64,000 bases of DNA from Octopus sinensis (Eukaryota): contig NC_043018.1 in assembly GCF_006345805.1 (NCBI RefSeq), positions 19,034,001 to 19,098,000 on the forward strand, in the 5' to 3' direction. Shown piece after piece: positions 22,783 to 36,598 of this stretch (positions are counted from its first letter, which is position 1; each line of letters opens with the position of its first letter). The translations under genes and the position numbers were made by a program. Under the pieces are notes generated by a model, which ran no database searches, was not told the origin of the DNA, and saw nothing but the letters and a program-made list of their open reading frames with translations.

Positions 22783-23322
22783 GGTAGACCCAGGAAGACA
22801 TGGGATGAAGTGGTGGAACACAACCTTCAAGCATTGGGCCTCACAGAGGCAATGACAAGCAATCAAGACCTTTGGAGAAATGCTGTGCTTGAGAAGACCC
22901 GGCAAGCCAAATAAAATCATAGCTGTGGCCGATGCTAGTGTCGCATCACAGGCCTGTTTAAAAGTACCCTTCAATTGCCTGGCAATATACTGTGCTTGAG
23001 AAGACCTGTTGAGCCTAGGAAAATTGTAGTTGTGGCTGATGCCAGTGCCACCTGACTGGCACCCATGCTGGTGGCACGTAAAAAGCACCAATCAAGTGTG
23101 GTCAATGCTGGTACCAGCTGACCGGCTCCTGTGCCAGTGGCATGTAAAAAGCACCCACTACACTCTTGGAGTGGTTGCTGTTAGGAAGGCATCCAGCTGT
23201 AGAAACCTTGCCAAATCAGACTGGAGCCTGGTGCAGCCTCCATGGCTTGCCAGTCCCCAGTCAAACCGTCCAACTCATGCCAGCATGGAAAACAGATGTT
23301 AAATGATAATGATGATGATGAT
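22783..23322 (+). mobile_element. RTE LINE ORF C-terminus joined to the family A 3' UTR
   Basis: 22783-22914 translates GRPRKTWDEVVEHNLQALGLTEAMTSNQDLWRNAVLEKTRQAK*, followed by GGCAC.TAAAAAGCACC units, the family A tail and (GAT)n. Confidence 0.8.
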
Positions 23323-23859
23323 TCAGAAATTCTGTTAGGTTTACTGAAAATGTTCATATTACTAATTGTTAGAATATATCACAAAACCTTTCTCGTTATG
23401 AGATTTTCTGGTGTTGTTCTTCCACTGACAGCATAGAATATCATCTCTGAGAATCCAAAATTGCCAAGTTCATCTTTGTAGTATGTGGAGGCATTGTTAA
23501 AGGCTGCCTCATCTGCTGACAATTAGGAAATAATCTTACCTATAATGCTAACAATATTTTTGAGAATACAAGGCAGATGATTTGATCCTTTGTTGATATA
23601 GAATAACCTTTCATTAGATTATGGTATGGCTTAAAACTGTCAGATCATAGATTTAAGTTGATGTCTAAAAAATTAACATAACTAAAATTCATGTCAGTTG
23701 TAACTTTTGAGCCTATTTTTTAGAAAAATACAGTAAGATTCTTCCACGTCTGTCCATGTTACAGGTGACTATAAAGCCATCATCCCTGCACAAACTTGCA
23801 TCCGACACAGAAACTCTATATGCAAATGGTGCAAAGTATGCACACTTATGAACAGATAT

Positions 23860-24235
23860 TGGAAGCACTCCGTCGGTTATAACGATGAGGGTTCCAGTTG
23901 ATCCGATCAACGGAACAGCCTGCTCGTGAAATTAACGTGTAAGTGGCTGAGCACTCCATAGACACATGTACCCTTAACGTAGTTCTCGGGGATATTCAGC
24001 GTGACACAGAGAGTGACAAGGCCGGACCTTTGAAATACAGGTACAACAGAAACAGGAAGAAAGAGTGAGAGAAAGTTGTGGTGAAAGAGTACAGCAGGGA
24101 TCACCACCATCCCTGCCGGAGCCTTGTGGAGCTTTAGGTGTTTTCACTCAATAAACACTCACAATGCCCGGTCTGGGAATCGAAACTGCGATCCTACGAC
24201 CGCGAGTCCGCTGCCCTAACCACTGGGCCATTGCG
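23860..24235 (-). mobile_element. SINE family C inserted in the Penelope relic
   Basis: Homologous to 4223-4610; CAGATAT on both sides (23853-23859, 24236-24242). Confidence 0.88.
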
Positions 24236-24432
24236 CAGATATAAACAGATATAATTCTCCTCTGTCATACTTTCCCATCAGCACAATGAACAAAGCTTCC
24301 CTCTTCTTCTTGACCCAGTCAGAGTCTTTGAAAAATAGCAAGGATTTCCTAGCATGCAGGATAATGTCAATGTTAGAGTTGCTGACAGATATGAACTCCT
24401 TAGCAAAATCAAGTGCCTTAAGCGGTAGAATT

Positions 24433-24955
24433 GAAGGTGCATGACTCAGTAGTTAGAACATCAGGCTCACAAACATGAGGTAGTGAGTTCGATTCCTGGA
24501 CTGGTCTGTGATGTGTTTTTGTGCAAGACACTTTATTTCATGATGCTCCAGTTCACTTAGCTGTAGAAATGAGTTGTGATGTCATTGATGCCAAGCTGTA
24601 TCAGCCCCTTTGCCTTTCCCTTAGATAACATCAGTGGTGTGGAGAGGGGAGAGTGGTATGCATGAGTGACTGCTAGTCTCCCATAAAAAACTTCATCCAG
24701 ATTTGTGTCCTGGAAGGGAACTTTCTAGGTGCAATCCCGTGGTCATTCATGACTGAAGCTATCTACTCGCAATACCAGAGGGCGCACACTCTGCTACCCT
24801 GATGTAATCTCCAGGGATACAGGCATCCAGCGACAGGACCTTCATAATGCTATGATGGACCGTGAAGTCTAGCGTAGCATGGTAAATTCCATTGTCTCGA
24901 CCACGGTCGAACAATGATGATGATGATGATGATGATGACTGAAGGCTCTTTACCC
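24433..24955 (+). mobile_element. SINE family D carrying an RTE 3' insertion (24759-24934)
   Basis: 10-bp TSD ATGACTGAAG at 24749-24758 and 24935-24944; the insert matches the end of the 18.2-kb RTE. Confidence 0.85.
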
Positions 24956-25219
24956 AAGTGGTAGAGGCCTTGTTATAGACGAGGGTAAGTCCACAATATC
25001 AAACTGGGTGAACTTACAGTATTCTCATTGTTAAGGTCCTGAAACCAGTCTCTAACAGACATGCTGTTACCCTATAAATGGAACTCTATATCACTATTAA
25101 TCTCATGGGGAATGGAACCTAAAATATTCTTCCTAATAATTCTTTTTTGTTTTAGCTGGGTTATAATCTACATTTAGGGTTTCTCCTAAAATTGTGGTCT
25201 TTAAGGGTAAAAAAAAGCT

Positions 25220-25422
25220 TACGAGGAGATGCTGAAAAGTTCCAAAGGCTTGACTGGAAGCCCAACCATCCTAGTTCTTTTACAGGGCTTAGAAAAACTG
25301 AAGGACTGCTGCAAAAAGGTGTGTGAATCTGAGAGGGGAATATGTGGAATAAAATCATAATTAATTGATCTTCCTGTATTTTGTTTTACCCTGAGCCAAG
25401 AACTTTTCCGCACACCCTGATA
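25220..25422 (+). mobile_element. mariner-derived MITE
   Basis: TACGAGG.G.TGCTGAAAAGTTCC / GAACTTTTCCGCAC.CCCTGATA termini; internal LQGLEKLKD...NLRGEYVE* resembles a mariner transposase C-terminus; inverted copy at 49442-49662. Confidence 0.75.
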
Positions 25423-26244
25423 CCTGGAAGGAAATACCCTTTTCTCTCACCGATGTTAAGGTTGGTTGCAGTTCTTTTTGCTTCCAGATTCACCTCTTTG
25501 TATAACGTACTCTCAGCCTCCTTCAATATGTCTGAGTTCAACAGGCTTCTTTCAGTTTCCATTGACCAAATCACAAGGCTTTGATTGGTCCAGGGCTATA
25601 GTAGAGGGCATTTGCTCAAGTTACCATGCAGTGAGACTGAACCTGGAACCATCTAGTTGGGAAGCGAACTTCTAACCACAGTCACGTTTGCACTGATAAT
25701 GCACACACGCACACACACAGACACACACACATATGCATGATAAAGTTAAATTTATGATCTTTCTGTTATCTCTCTCTTTCTCTTTTACTTGTTTCAGTCA
25801 TTTGACTGCGGCCATGCTGGAGCACCACCTTTAGTCGAGCAAATCGACCCCGGGACTTATTCTTTGTAAGCCCAGTACTTATTCTATCGGTCTCTTTTGC
25901 CGAACCGCTAAGTGACGGGGACGTAAACACACCAGCATCGGTTGTCAAGCAATGCTAGGGGGACAAACACAGACACACATATATATATACATATATACGA
26001 CAGGCTTCTTTCAGTTTCCGTCTACCAAATTCACTCACAAGGCATTGGTTGGCCCGGGGCTATAGCAGAAGACACTTGCCCAAGATGCCACGCAGTGGGA
26101 CTGAACCAGGAAGCATGTGTTTGGTAAGAATTTGTTCTACCATATTGTAATATTGTCTTGTGTTGTACATTGTGGTAATAAAAGACACGATAATTATTAA
26201 CGGTAGTTAAGTCTTAGACGGGCGGCTAATTGAGTCCTTTGTAA

Positions 26245-27348
26245 CAGCATAAACACCACAACATCTCTTTCCTTACGTCAAATTTATCACAAGAAATATT
26301 GACAACATTTGTTATTTTTCACTTGAAATTCCACAGCGATCAACTATGCTTTTACAGCGCCAACGGGAAGAGTACCAGTAATACACGTGGTTACTCTTTC
26401 TTCTATAAAAATTGTTTGGTAATGTGGAAAACAGTGGAGGACGAATACTGGGTTTTTGGTATATCCGACAGCTGGACAACGTCACAGGTTAACTTGGAGT
26501 CGTTGGGGGTTAAGTGTTTTAAACAGCATAAACACCACAACATCTCTTTCCTTATGTCAAATTTAGTACAAGAAATATTGACAACATTTACTATTTCACT
26601 TGAAATTCCTGGCGATCATCTTTGCTTTTACAGCGCCAACGGGAAGAGTACCAGTAATACACGTGGTTACTCTTCTATAAAAATTGTTTGGTAATGTGGA
26701 AAACAGTTGAGGACGAATACTGGGTTTTTGGTATATCCGTCAGCTGGACAACCAGCCTTACAGGTTAACTTGGAGTCGTTGGGGGTTAAGTGTTTTAAAC
26801 AGCATAAACACCACAACATCTCTTTCCTTATGTCAAATTTAGTACAAGAAATATTGACAACATTTACTATTTCCACTTGAAATTCCTGGCGATCATCTTT
26901 GCTTTTACAGCGCCAACGGGAAGAGTACCAGTAATACACGTGGTTACTCTTCTATAAAAATTGTTTGGTAATGTGGAAAACAGTGGAGGACGAATACTGG
27001 GTTTTTGGTATATCCGACAGCTGGACAACGTCACAGGTTAACTTGGAGTCGTTGGGGGTTAAGTGTTTTAAACAGCATAAACACCACAACATCTCTTTCC
27101 TTATGTCAAATTTAGTACAAGAAATATTGACAACATTTACTATTTCCACTTGAAATTCCTGGCGATCATCTTTGCTTTTACAGCGCCAACGGGAAGAGTA
27201 CCAGTAATACACGTGGTTACTCTTCTATAAAAATTGTTTGGTAATGTGGAAAACAGTTGAGGACGAATACTGGGTTTTTGGTATATCCGTCAGCTGGACA
27301 ACCAGCCTTACAGGTTAACTTGGAGTCGTTGGGGGTTAAGTGTTTTAA
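26245..27348. repeat. Four tandem units of ~272-277 bp upstream of SCAMP
   Basis: GACGAATACTGGG at 26440, 26712, 26989 and 27262; A-B-A-B variant pattern. Confidence 0.92.
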
Positions 27349-27869
27349 AACATTTCTTTCTTTCTTTGTCTTTGTTGGGATATGATGAAGATTATGCGAG
27401 TGAGAGGAGTCAATGGTTCCAGAGCGATTCTTCACGAAAACTGTTTGAATTTTTTTTTTTGTTGTTTTGCTCTTTGCGTCTTTTTTTTTAATAAATGAAC
27501 TTTATCAATCATTTTCCTATCAAAGCTTTGCGTATCTGAAGCTGGGTAATTTGACGAAGGGAAACGTGTTTTTTTTTCTTTTTTTTTTTTTACAGTTGGA
27601 ATATTTAAAAAAAACAACAACAACAATAACAAGAAACAATAAAAAACAAAGACAAAACAGCTGTTGCGAATGAGAGGTGTGACCGTGTCAATTACAACAG
27701 GAAGCAAAAAAAAAGCAGAAAATTAGTAGTCGGATCGTGTAGATAGATAACTAGATATTCACCAGAGAAGATATATTACGTAGAGAGAAGAGAAGAGAGA
27801 AGAAAAAAAAATAAGACAACAACAACGAAGAAAAAATTTAAAAAAGGAAACAACAAAAATAAGTGAAGG

Positions 27870-28366
27870 AGAGAGAGTGACGTGTAAATATCCAAGTGTA
27901 ATTATCGGTGTTCAAGGTGACATGAAGCGATTGGCGACCGTGTCGATAGCTGGGGAAGCGACTGACATTCGGACGACGGCAGTGCGCATGCGTCAAGCCC
28001 GACAGTGAGTCAAAGAGGAGAGCAAAGTCGCCATTACGGTCTTCTGAATGTTCTGTGGCCTCGTTCGTTTGGATTGGAACCGAGGAGGATATTGTGTGCC
28101 CTCTGCCCTGCTCTGCTCTCTCTCTGCCGTCTCACCGTTTCCTTGGCAGAGTGAAGAGCAATCCCCAAAGGAATATTAGTCGCAATAACCAGCGCAACAC
28201 CCTGAAAAAAAGGTTCCCCCTTTCCCCAGGGGCGGCGAATGCGAAGCCCTCTCCACCTCAAAACACACACCTTTTTTTTCCCTTTTCCTTCGTCAACAAA
28301 TTGAATCCGAGAAGAAGAAAACGGCTCGGCTTGGCCCCTTTTGTGTTTTCTTTCAACCAGTATCGA

Positions 28367-28397
<31 letters not shown>

Positions 28398-28495
28398 TAG
28401 TTTGTTATTATAACCGTCTTCTCGAAGTGATTGATTTCTTTTTGAAAATTTGCTGAAAACAAAAAAAAAAGAAGAAGAAGAAGAATCGAGACATT
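27870..28495 (+). promoter_or_regulatory. CpG-retaining promoter / 5' UTR region of SCAMP
   Basis: TGCGCATGCG (NRF1-type) 27983-27992, ATTGG 27930-27934 and 28073-28077, TGACGTG 27878-27884; TE-free and CpG-rich relative to the flanks. Confidence 0.6.
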
Positions 28496-28552
28496 ATGTC
28501 GGGATTTGACAGTAATCCGTTCGCAGATCCGGAGGCTGCTAATCCGTTCGCG
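28496..28552 (+). CDS. SCAMP: Secretory carrier-associated membrane protein (SCAMP1-like), coding exon 1
   Basis: MSGFDSNPFADPEAANPFA has two NPF motifs and closely resembles the vertebrate SCAMP1 N-terminus (MSDFDSNPFADPDLNNPFK); phase-0 GTGAGT donor at 28553. Confidence 0.88.
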
Positions 28553-28579
28553 GTGAGTCTTTCAATCCATACACACATC

Positions 28580-28746
28580 ATGTATATATACATACATACA
28601 TACATATATATATATATATGTATATGTGTATATGTGTATATGTATGCTATTCTTCTCTTTTTTGTATCACTTAATGTCTCGTTGTTTTTCTGTTTAATAA
28701 TGTTAATAATATGTAAAAGACACGGATGTGTTATGTCTGTGTATAG

Positions 28747-28786
<40 letters not shown>

Positions 28787-28872
28787 ATGTGTGTATATAT
28801 AGATGTGTGTGTATATATATATGTGGTGTGTGTGTGTATATATAGATGTGTGTGTATATATAGATGTGTGTG

Positions 28873-28905
<33 letters not shown>

Positions 28906-28914
28906 ATATATAGA

Positions 28915-28964
<50 letters not shown>

Positions 28965-28975
28965 GTATATATAGA

Positions 28976-29019
<44 letters not shown>

Positions 29020-29092
29020 GTGTGTGTATATATATAGATGTGTGTGTGTATATATATATGTGTGTGTGTGTGTGTATATAGATGTGTGTGTG

Positions 29093-29125
<33 letters not shown>

Positions 29126-29442
29126 ATATATATGTGTGTGTGTATATATAGATGTGTGTGTATATATAGATATATGTATATATACACAGTCAGCTGAGTG
29201 TATATACATGAGTGCGCATATGAAATATGGCAGCAACTGTTGGTCTTTCATTATCTTTCACTCGTGTGTGTGTGTATGTATGTATATATATATATATAAT
29301 GTATATATGTATGTGTGTGTGTATAACGTACACACATACGTATGTATATATATATAATATACACACACGTACATACGTATGTGTATATATATATATTTTC
29401 ATATATGTTTAATATACACACGTAAATACATACGTGTGTGTG

Positions 29443-29480
<38 letters not shown>

Positions 29481-29660
29481 CAGAATTATATACACATACA
29501 TACATATGTATGTGTGTGTATATATACATATGCACACATACGTGTATATATACATACACGTACATAAATATGTATACACATGAATTCAGACATCCATACA
29601 TATTCAAGCATACATACGATATATATATATAATATATATATATATACGCACATACTCGCA
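28580..29660. repeat. Compound (TA)/(TG) micro- and minisatellite in SCAMP intron 1
   Basis: Repeated GTGTGTGTATATATAGAT units. Confidence 0.9.
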
Positions 29661-30254
29661 TGTATACACCCATCTATCTGTGTATCTATCCATCCTCTCT
29701 CTCTCTAATAGAAATATCGATGAATCAATATTGTATGTGGGTGGATATATAAAAAATGAAACTGAACTCCTACTTCCCACAGACTTCAACCTTTTCAGCA
29801 TCCACCCCCCCCTCTTATTTATCCGAAAGACAGAAAACGAAAGGAGAACCACTTGTTTCAAAGCCACGACCGCCCCCACACCCACAATGTACCCTTAATG
29901 TACCCGTCCCCCGATATAACGATACCGCCTCGGTGTACTTAGCTTCTGTTTATTTACCCGTTAGCTTATTGCGTGGAGGTCGATATATAATCGATATAAT
30001 TGATTATATATATATATTTTTTTTTCTTAACATTTGTTGTTTTGTAATCCGAGCTTTGGGAATCGTTGTTTATTGCAGGTGTTCGAATCCCACCCGGGGT
30101 ATCTCTTGTGTCCCGTTTTAGCCTTCAGGTTCTGATAATGCGCCGCCCTTTGATTTCTGTTATTCCTCTTAACACATCGACATACGAATGGAATAATAAT
30201 AATAATAATAATAGTGATAATAATGATAATAATAATAATGATAATAATAATAAT

Positions 30255-30480
30255 AATGATTTCAAATTTTGGCACAGGGCCTGAAAATTTCGGGGGAGGG
30301 GGCATAATCAATTTCGTCGACCCCCAGTGCGCATCTGGTATTTATTTTATCGACCCCCCGAAAAGGCTGAAGGGTAAAAATCAACCTTGGCGGAATTTGA
30401 ACCCAGAACGTAAAAAGAGTCGGAAGAAATATCGCTAAGCATTTTGTCCGACGCACCAACGATTCCGCCAGCCCCTCCAC
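30255..30480 (-). mobile_element. SINE family E with (TAA)n-associated tail
   Basis: Reverse of TGGCGGAATCGTTGG...GGGTTCAAATTCCGCC; related copies near 31160-31400, 31730-31860, 43360-43580, 45640-45870, 49680-49910, 50990-51190 and 61445-61630. Confidence 0.75.
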
Positions 30481-30484
30481 CCAA

Positions 30485-30516
<32 letters not shown>

Positions 30517-33036
30517 TGTTAAAGAAGGGCGGTGGAGGTGGTATTGACGTTGCAGCACTTGCTGGCTTGTTTAACCCTAGGCCGTTCAGCCTTACTCGAG
30601 CAGGACAGTGATGAAATCGGTTCCATCTAATACAGCCATACTGTCACCAGGACTACATTACACTCGTGTCCTTCCCTTTTTTTTTTTTCGTTTCAGACTG
30701 TAGAGAGTATAGGATATGAGTTTACGGATATTAAGCTGTTATTTCTAGCCGGTTAAGCATCCACATAGAAGTTTATCCATTGTCTGTCCAAGCTGTTGTT
30801 TAGCCATAGGCCAATCCTGATTCGACCGGACATATGATTAGAGACAGTCCAATCTCTTCCTTATTTTCTTAAGTGGCCGTTTGAGAGATTTTCGGCTGTT
30901 ATTCCTAGCATGTCGAGTGGGTCTTATTATATAGAAAGAAACAGAGGAAAATGAAAGATCTTTTTTTTTTCAACAGCTTCGACATATTTCTCCATTAATA
31001 ATACTGCATTATATATATATACTAAGTAGATTATTATTATTATTATTTCAAACATCCTGCATTTTGTAACCTGTCCTTGTAGTGTCACTTCATCTTTGTG
31101 GCAGTAATAAGGATGGCATCATCATAAGAGCAACCACCACCACTACCACCTTCATCATTAGGGCGGTGGTGTGGCAGAATCATCTAAAGAATTGGTAAAA
31201 ATACCGCAAGGCGGTATTTTTCCCCCCATTCTAGTCTTTTTTACGTTCTGAGCTCAAATTCTGCCGAGGTCGACTTTACCTCTCATCCTTTCGTGGTCAC
31301 TGAAATAAGTCCCAGGAAAACCCTGTAATTGCCTAAACTCCCTACCATGAAATTGCTGGCTTTGTGCCAAAATTGCAAAGAATTATTATTATTATTATTA
31401 TTATTATTATGATTAATATATCTATCGTCTCTACATGAAGCACTGAACACTATTCGTGTTATGTTGTGAATGCAATGCTCTTACTTGCAACTGTAACAAA
31501 CAAACATATTGTTGTTATTAATTTATTATAATTTCTGCACATAGGGAAAGGAACGACATGTTTTAATGACCATCTTTGAAAAAGGAAAACCAAGCAAAAA
31601 CGTAATTTATATCGGAGACATTAAAAATTTTTAATTGAACAATCCACCTTTCTTTCTACTTCCAAGTGTGGATCGAAGAACGTCGTCAGTTTTTTTTTTT
31701 TAATTTTCACCTTTTATGTTTTAGGGGTCAATTAAAATAAGTACCACTCAAGTACTAGGGTCGGTGAAATCAACTTGCTGCTACCCCTCCCCGAAATTTC
31801 TGGCCTTGTGCCCATAGTAGAAAGGATTATTATTACTATTATTATTATTATTATTATTATTATTGAGGTATTGGTGCTTTTTTTTCATATAACTCTCTTC
31901 CCCAACCGTCAATATTGCACACGTAAATATGAGTAATATATTTAAATATGTGTGTTTATTGCATAACTGCTGCAACATATGGACAGGTTTTTTTTTGGGG
32001 GGGGGGTAACAGTATAAGTTATTGAACCGATATAAAAAATATTGATGCGACTCCATTTACAGAATACTTCGTGAGCAAAGAAGTGTAACAGTTGACCTGA
32101 ACAAAGGTTCAAAACACTAACCGAGAAGAAGCTAAAAACTACGTTCTATATTAAATATTGGAGGGTAAATACACCCCCTCCTCCTCCTCCTCTTCAAGTT
32201 GTCTTTGCCTAGTAGCATTAGAGAATGTGTTTAGCTGAAGAGGCCGAATAACACTGAAACAGGACTGGAGTTATATTGTGTAGATTGGACTTGGTCCCCT
32301 TCACTGCATCGACGACATTGTTTTTGGTATTTTTCTAATTAGTTTTAATTAAGATTTCATGTTTGTCTCCCTTGTCTACATTTAATTATTTGTCTGTTAG
32401 CTCTAATTTTGACTTGATTAAAATTTCTCGGCTAACTACACTAAATATGTGATCCCTGACCTACAGTAAGCAACAGGGCTCTATATTTAATCGGGTGTTT
32501 CAACTCCTCTCAGCCTTAGACTCTTACAACAATACACAGAACTGTAACATTCTACCTATGGAACGTAATATATGTGGCATTTAAACTTGTGTACAGGAGT
32601 ATAAAATATGCCTAAAATATATCCATACACGCCTACATACACGTACGTGTGGGTGATGTGGTCTCTTGGAGTACATGATACTATGATTTTAATTGCTAGT
32701 TGTAGCTACTTTGGCTTTATTGATGCTGACAATATTCTATGGAAAGGCATAAACGTCACCACGTCTCCTTTTTCCCCCTCCATCTGAAAGGGAGAATGTT
32801 CATTTATATATATACTACTGCTACTACTACAACTGCTACTAATCACGAGAGTTTTGGCTGTTGTTTGAGGCTGTCATTTAATGGGACATGCAATAAAAAT
32901 AGTCTATTTTTATATTGTATGTTGACATGTATATAAAATGGAAAAAGCTACATGTACATAAATACATGCATAGATATAATGTATAGGTATATATGTCTAT
33001 ACTACTACTACTACTACTACTACTATTTATTATTAT

Positions 33037-33600
33037 TAGCACGCTGGATAAAATGCTTGGCGGTATTTCGTCTGCCGTTACGTTCTGAGTTCAAATTCTT
33101 CTGGGGTCAACTTTGCCTTTCATCCTTCCGGGGTTGATAAATTAAGTACCAGTTACGCACTGGGGTCGATGTAATCGACTTAATACCTATGTCTGTCCTT
33201 GTTTGTCCCCTCTATGTTTAGCCCCTTGTGGGTAATAAAGAAATAGGTATTTTGCCCGTTGCTACATTCTGAGTTCAAATTCTTCTGGGGTCAACTTTGC
33301 CTTTCATCCTTTCAGGGTCGATAAATTAAGTACGCGTTACGCACTGGGGTCGATGACCTATGTCTGTCATTGTTTGTCCCCTCTATGTTTAGCCCCTTGT
33401 GGGTAATAAAGAAATAGGTATTTTGCCCGTTGCTACATTCTGAGTTCAAATTCTTCTGGGGTTAACTTTGCCTTTCATCCTTTCGGGGTTGATGAAATAA
33501 GTACCTGTGAAACACTGGGGTGGGGTGGAGATTGATGTGATCGACTAGTCCCCTCCCACCAAATTCCAGGCCTTGTGCCTATAGTAGGAAGGATTATTAT
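33037..33600 (+). mobile_element. Second SINE family E head-to-tail trimer
   Basis: AAGAAATA|GGTATTT junctions at 33246 and 33417 (periods 184 and 171 bp). Confidence 0.88.
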
Positions 33601-36598
33601 TATTATTATTATTGTTGTTGTTGTTACTATTTCCTTTGTCGTCACACCGTGAGTCAGAAACTCGTGTTATTGTCAGTGTCATTGTTGTTGCCGTTAGTGG
33701 GTTTAATAAACTTTATCAGCTCACCTGAGCTATGAGCGGATGTATATACTTTCCACTGTCTCCTCACAAACACACACCTACACGCAAAGACATTCAGGCA
33801 TGTGTATGAACTCTAGTCACACAAGTCAAATGAAAATAGTTAATTACTAGTGTCCTCGTGGTCAGGGATAGCCATTTAACTATCTTCTTTGTTGATTGTC
33901 CTGGATATAAGTTAATAACAAAAACTGAATTCACATTTCAGTCACAATTAACCAGAAAACTCAACAGTGTCAAGGCATCTGCAACACACACACACACACA
34001 CACAATCAGCTACTGACAAAGCTTCTATGTGGTCTCTTGAATTCCTGGAAATAGTAGCCAGGTTTTCTTCAAGTCACACACTATCGGTTTTAAAGAAAGG
34101 AAATACTTCGCACACATTGTAATCCTTGATGTACTACACTGAAAGAAAAGAATGGATGGTCATGGCTGGAATGCCTTTGATCAGGAGTCTGGTCCACCAG
34201 GGTTTACTTGAAGCTACACCAACACCCATATTTTCTAGCGAACAAATAAGTAATCGAACAGACATCGACAGTTTTTTATATTATTGGCGCGACAGGCAAA
34301 GAGATTCTTCAGAACGCCTCCCTTTCTATCTGTTTGGAAATTGTGGATTAAATTCTTTGCTTAGGTGTGTGTGTGTGTGTGTGTGTTTATATGCATGTAT
34401 ATGTGTGTGTGTGTGTGTGTATATATATGCATTGATGTAGTTTTCAATTACTCTTGCTCACTCTATTGGTATAAGATAACCGTTAGTAGCTCTGCCGTTG
34501 TCTTGTAATTCCTTGGTGTACTACTACAAAGATCTGCTGCAACTGCTTTTTATATTTTGCTTGTCTCATTTAATTCGATGCTCGTTAAGATTTTATGAAA
34601 TAATTTTGACAAATTAAAAAGATTTTTTTTGTCGTGAGTAAGGAAGCGTTGGAAAGGGTAGTTTGGAAAACAGAGAAGTTCTAGAAAGTTGATGGAGGGG
34701 AAAGAGATACTCTGCTAAACTCCATGACGTATGAGGCATTAGAAAAAAACCATTATTTAATCAATGCTATTGGAAAATATGGGCGACAACTCCCAGCAGG
34801 CTTTATTCTTTTTGTTTTCTTTTGGAAGATCTTCAGCAGAGCAAAGCCTGTCTGTAACTTGTCAGATATTAGTAGCAACTCGTTATCTATAATAAATTGT
34901 TAGACTTGTTACATGGAGTAGGTAGTGCGATCTGCTGTTGATAGTCAATAGAAAGTGTAAAGGTAGCAGGTACTTGTGTGTCCTCCTATAAGCTCCAATT
35001 GTTGGTGCTTGCTTTAGAGAACAATAGCTAAGCATCTGGCTTGCTGAAAGTGCAACATGTTTTAATATTTCATTTCATTACACTGCTAACGCTGTTGGGG
35101 AGAGACACAAATACTGTAGCAGCCTGTCTCTCCTAATGGTAAAATGTATATAATGCATTTGTACTCTGTTAAAAAACAAAAAAGATTGTTGTTGTATTGC
35201 AAAAAAACAAAAACCAAGCAAATAGAAACAGAATGCCTCATAGCTTCTGGTTCTGAGTCAAGATTTTGTCACGTCTTGCTTTGCCTCTCACTACTCCTGG
35301 TTTGGTAAAACCTACAGAGTTTGGATTAATTGTCCTCACAACGGAAGGTTCCCTAAACTGAGTCCTGCAGGACTGTAGGTTTCTGTGACATAAGGTGTCT
35401 TTTCATAAAATTTAAATTTAAATTATTTTATACAAAAAAAAAATGGTATTCGCTATTTTCAAAATGAATCATTTTTATGATTGTTTTTGTGTGTGAATTC
35501 CGTGTTTAGAACTCATGTTATTACATTTGATATCTCATTAAAATCAGAGTTAAATGCAGGGGTGGTTTCTAGGATTGTTTTGTAAATTGTATAAAATGTT
35601 CTCAAATGTCTCTCATCACTCTTCACACTCTAGTGAACTTACCTGCCCACTCAGCCATCCTTGATTCTCTGTCCCTAATCTCACTTTATCTGCCTCAAGA
35701 TAATCCCTGATACCTCATTTTTCACCATCCCTTTTCTGCTGAGGTACCCATGTATCTCCTCCACAACAAGATACCAGTTCCCCCGTTCCTTTTTTTTATA
35801 CTTAATCTCTCAACACCTGACACAGAGCCATCTCCCTCAATATCACACTCCCACTCAGTCAAGGGGTCTTATCTTGGGAGTTACTCGGTGATCTCACGAG
35901 TACTGGTACCATGAAAAATGCTCTCAGTACACACTGTAAAATGGTTGGTGCTAGGGAAGGTATCCAGCTGTAGAGACCGTGTCAAAGCAGACAACAGAGC
36001 CCAATGCAGACCTTTGTCTTGGATCCTGTTCAACCATCCAACCCATGTCAGCATGGAATATGGGCCTTAATTGATGATGATGATGTGCTGTATGAGAATT
36101 GCTGATTTATACCATCAACATATTGTGGAGAAGGTGTGAGGATGTAAGTTCTTGGTGACCAGAGTTGACAACTTTGATTCCGTTTCATATCTGGAACGAT
36201 TTCACTGACTCAAGTCAATGATACCTTTTAGAAAAGCATGCATGTCACATCATCACATTCACATATTCCTTTTGATGTTATTCATCTGTCAAAATCAAAA
36301 TCCTGTTAACCCAAATCTGCAAAAAAACTGTTAGTGTTGCCAGATTGGGCTGCAATTAGCAGACCATGGTGACCATCAGGACTCCACTCTGCTTTTCATT
36401 ATCTGAGCTTCCTGTTTCTTAAAAATCAGATTATTGATTAAGTCAATCAAAATCAATCTGCAAGTAATCCATACAGTGTTTTGATTTATTAGCAACGTTT
36501 CCATTTTGAGGGCAACTCATACAACCTGCTCTATTTCATAATATTGATCTCGCGACTTTGTATTTAACACAAATTTCCTTGTACTTCATCCACAGAAA

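Larger units (their letters stand above)
23330..25130 (-). mobile_element. Penelope-like element RT relic interrupted by nested insertions
   Basis: Minus-strand motifs in colinear order: CKFTQFDIVD (about 24990-25020), ILHARKSLLF...WVKK...MGKYD (24250-24370), LCRDDGF (about 23765-23785), then a C-terminal-like stretch ending RKVL (23370-23520). Confidence 0.7.

Noticed and set aside
26299-27212. ORFs of 60-130 aa in the tandem repeat
   Set aside because: Indels between units break the frames, and no recognisable protein family
27993-28034. Minus-strand ATGGCG as the start of a divergent gene
   Set aside because: Stops after 13 codons, with no good donor before the stop
28408-29673. Long Y/I/H/T/V/C-rich ORFs, also at 37.9-39.9 kb, 57.5-58.5 kb and 62-63 kb
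   Set aside because: Microsatellite translations
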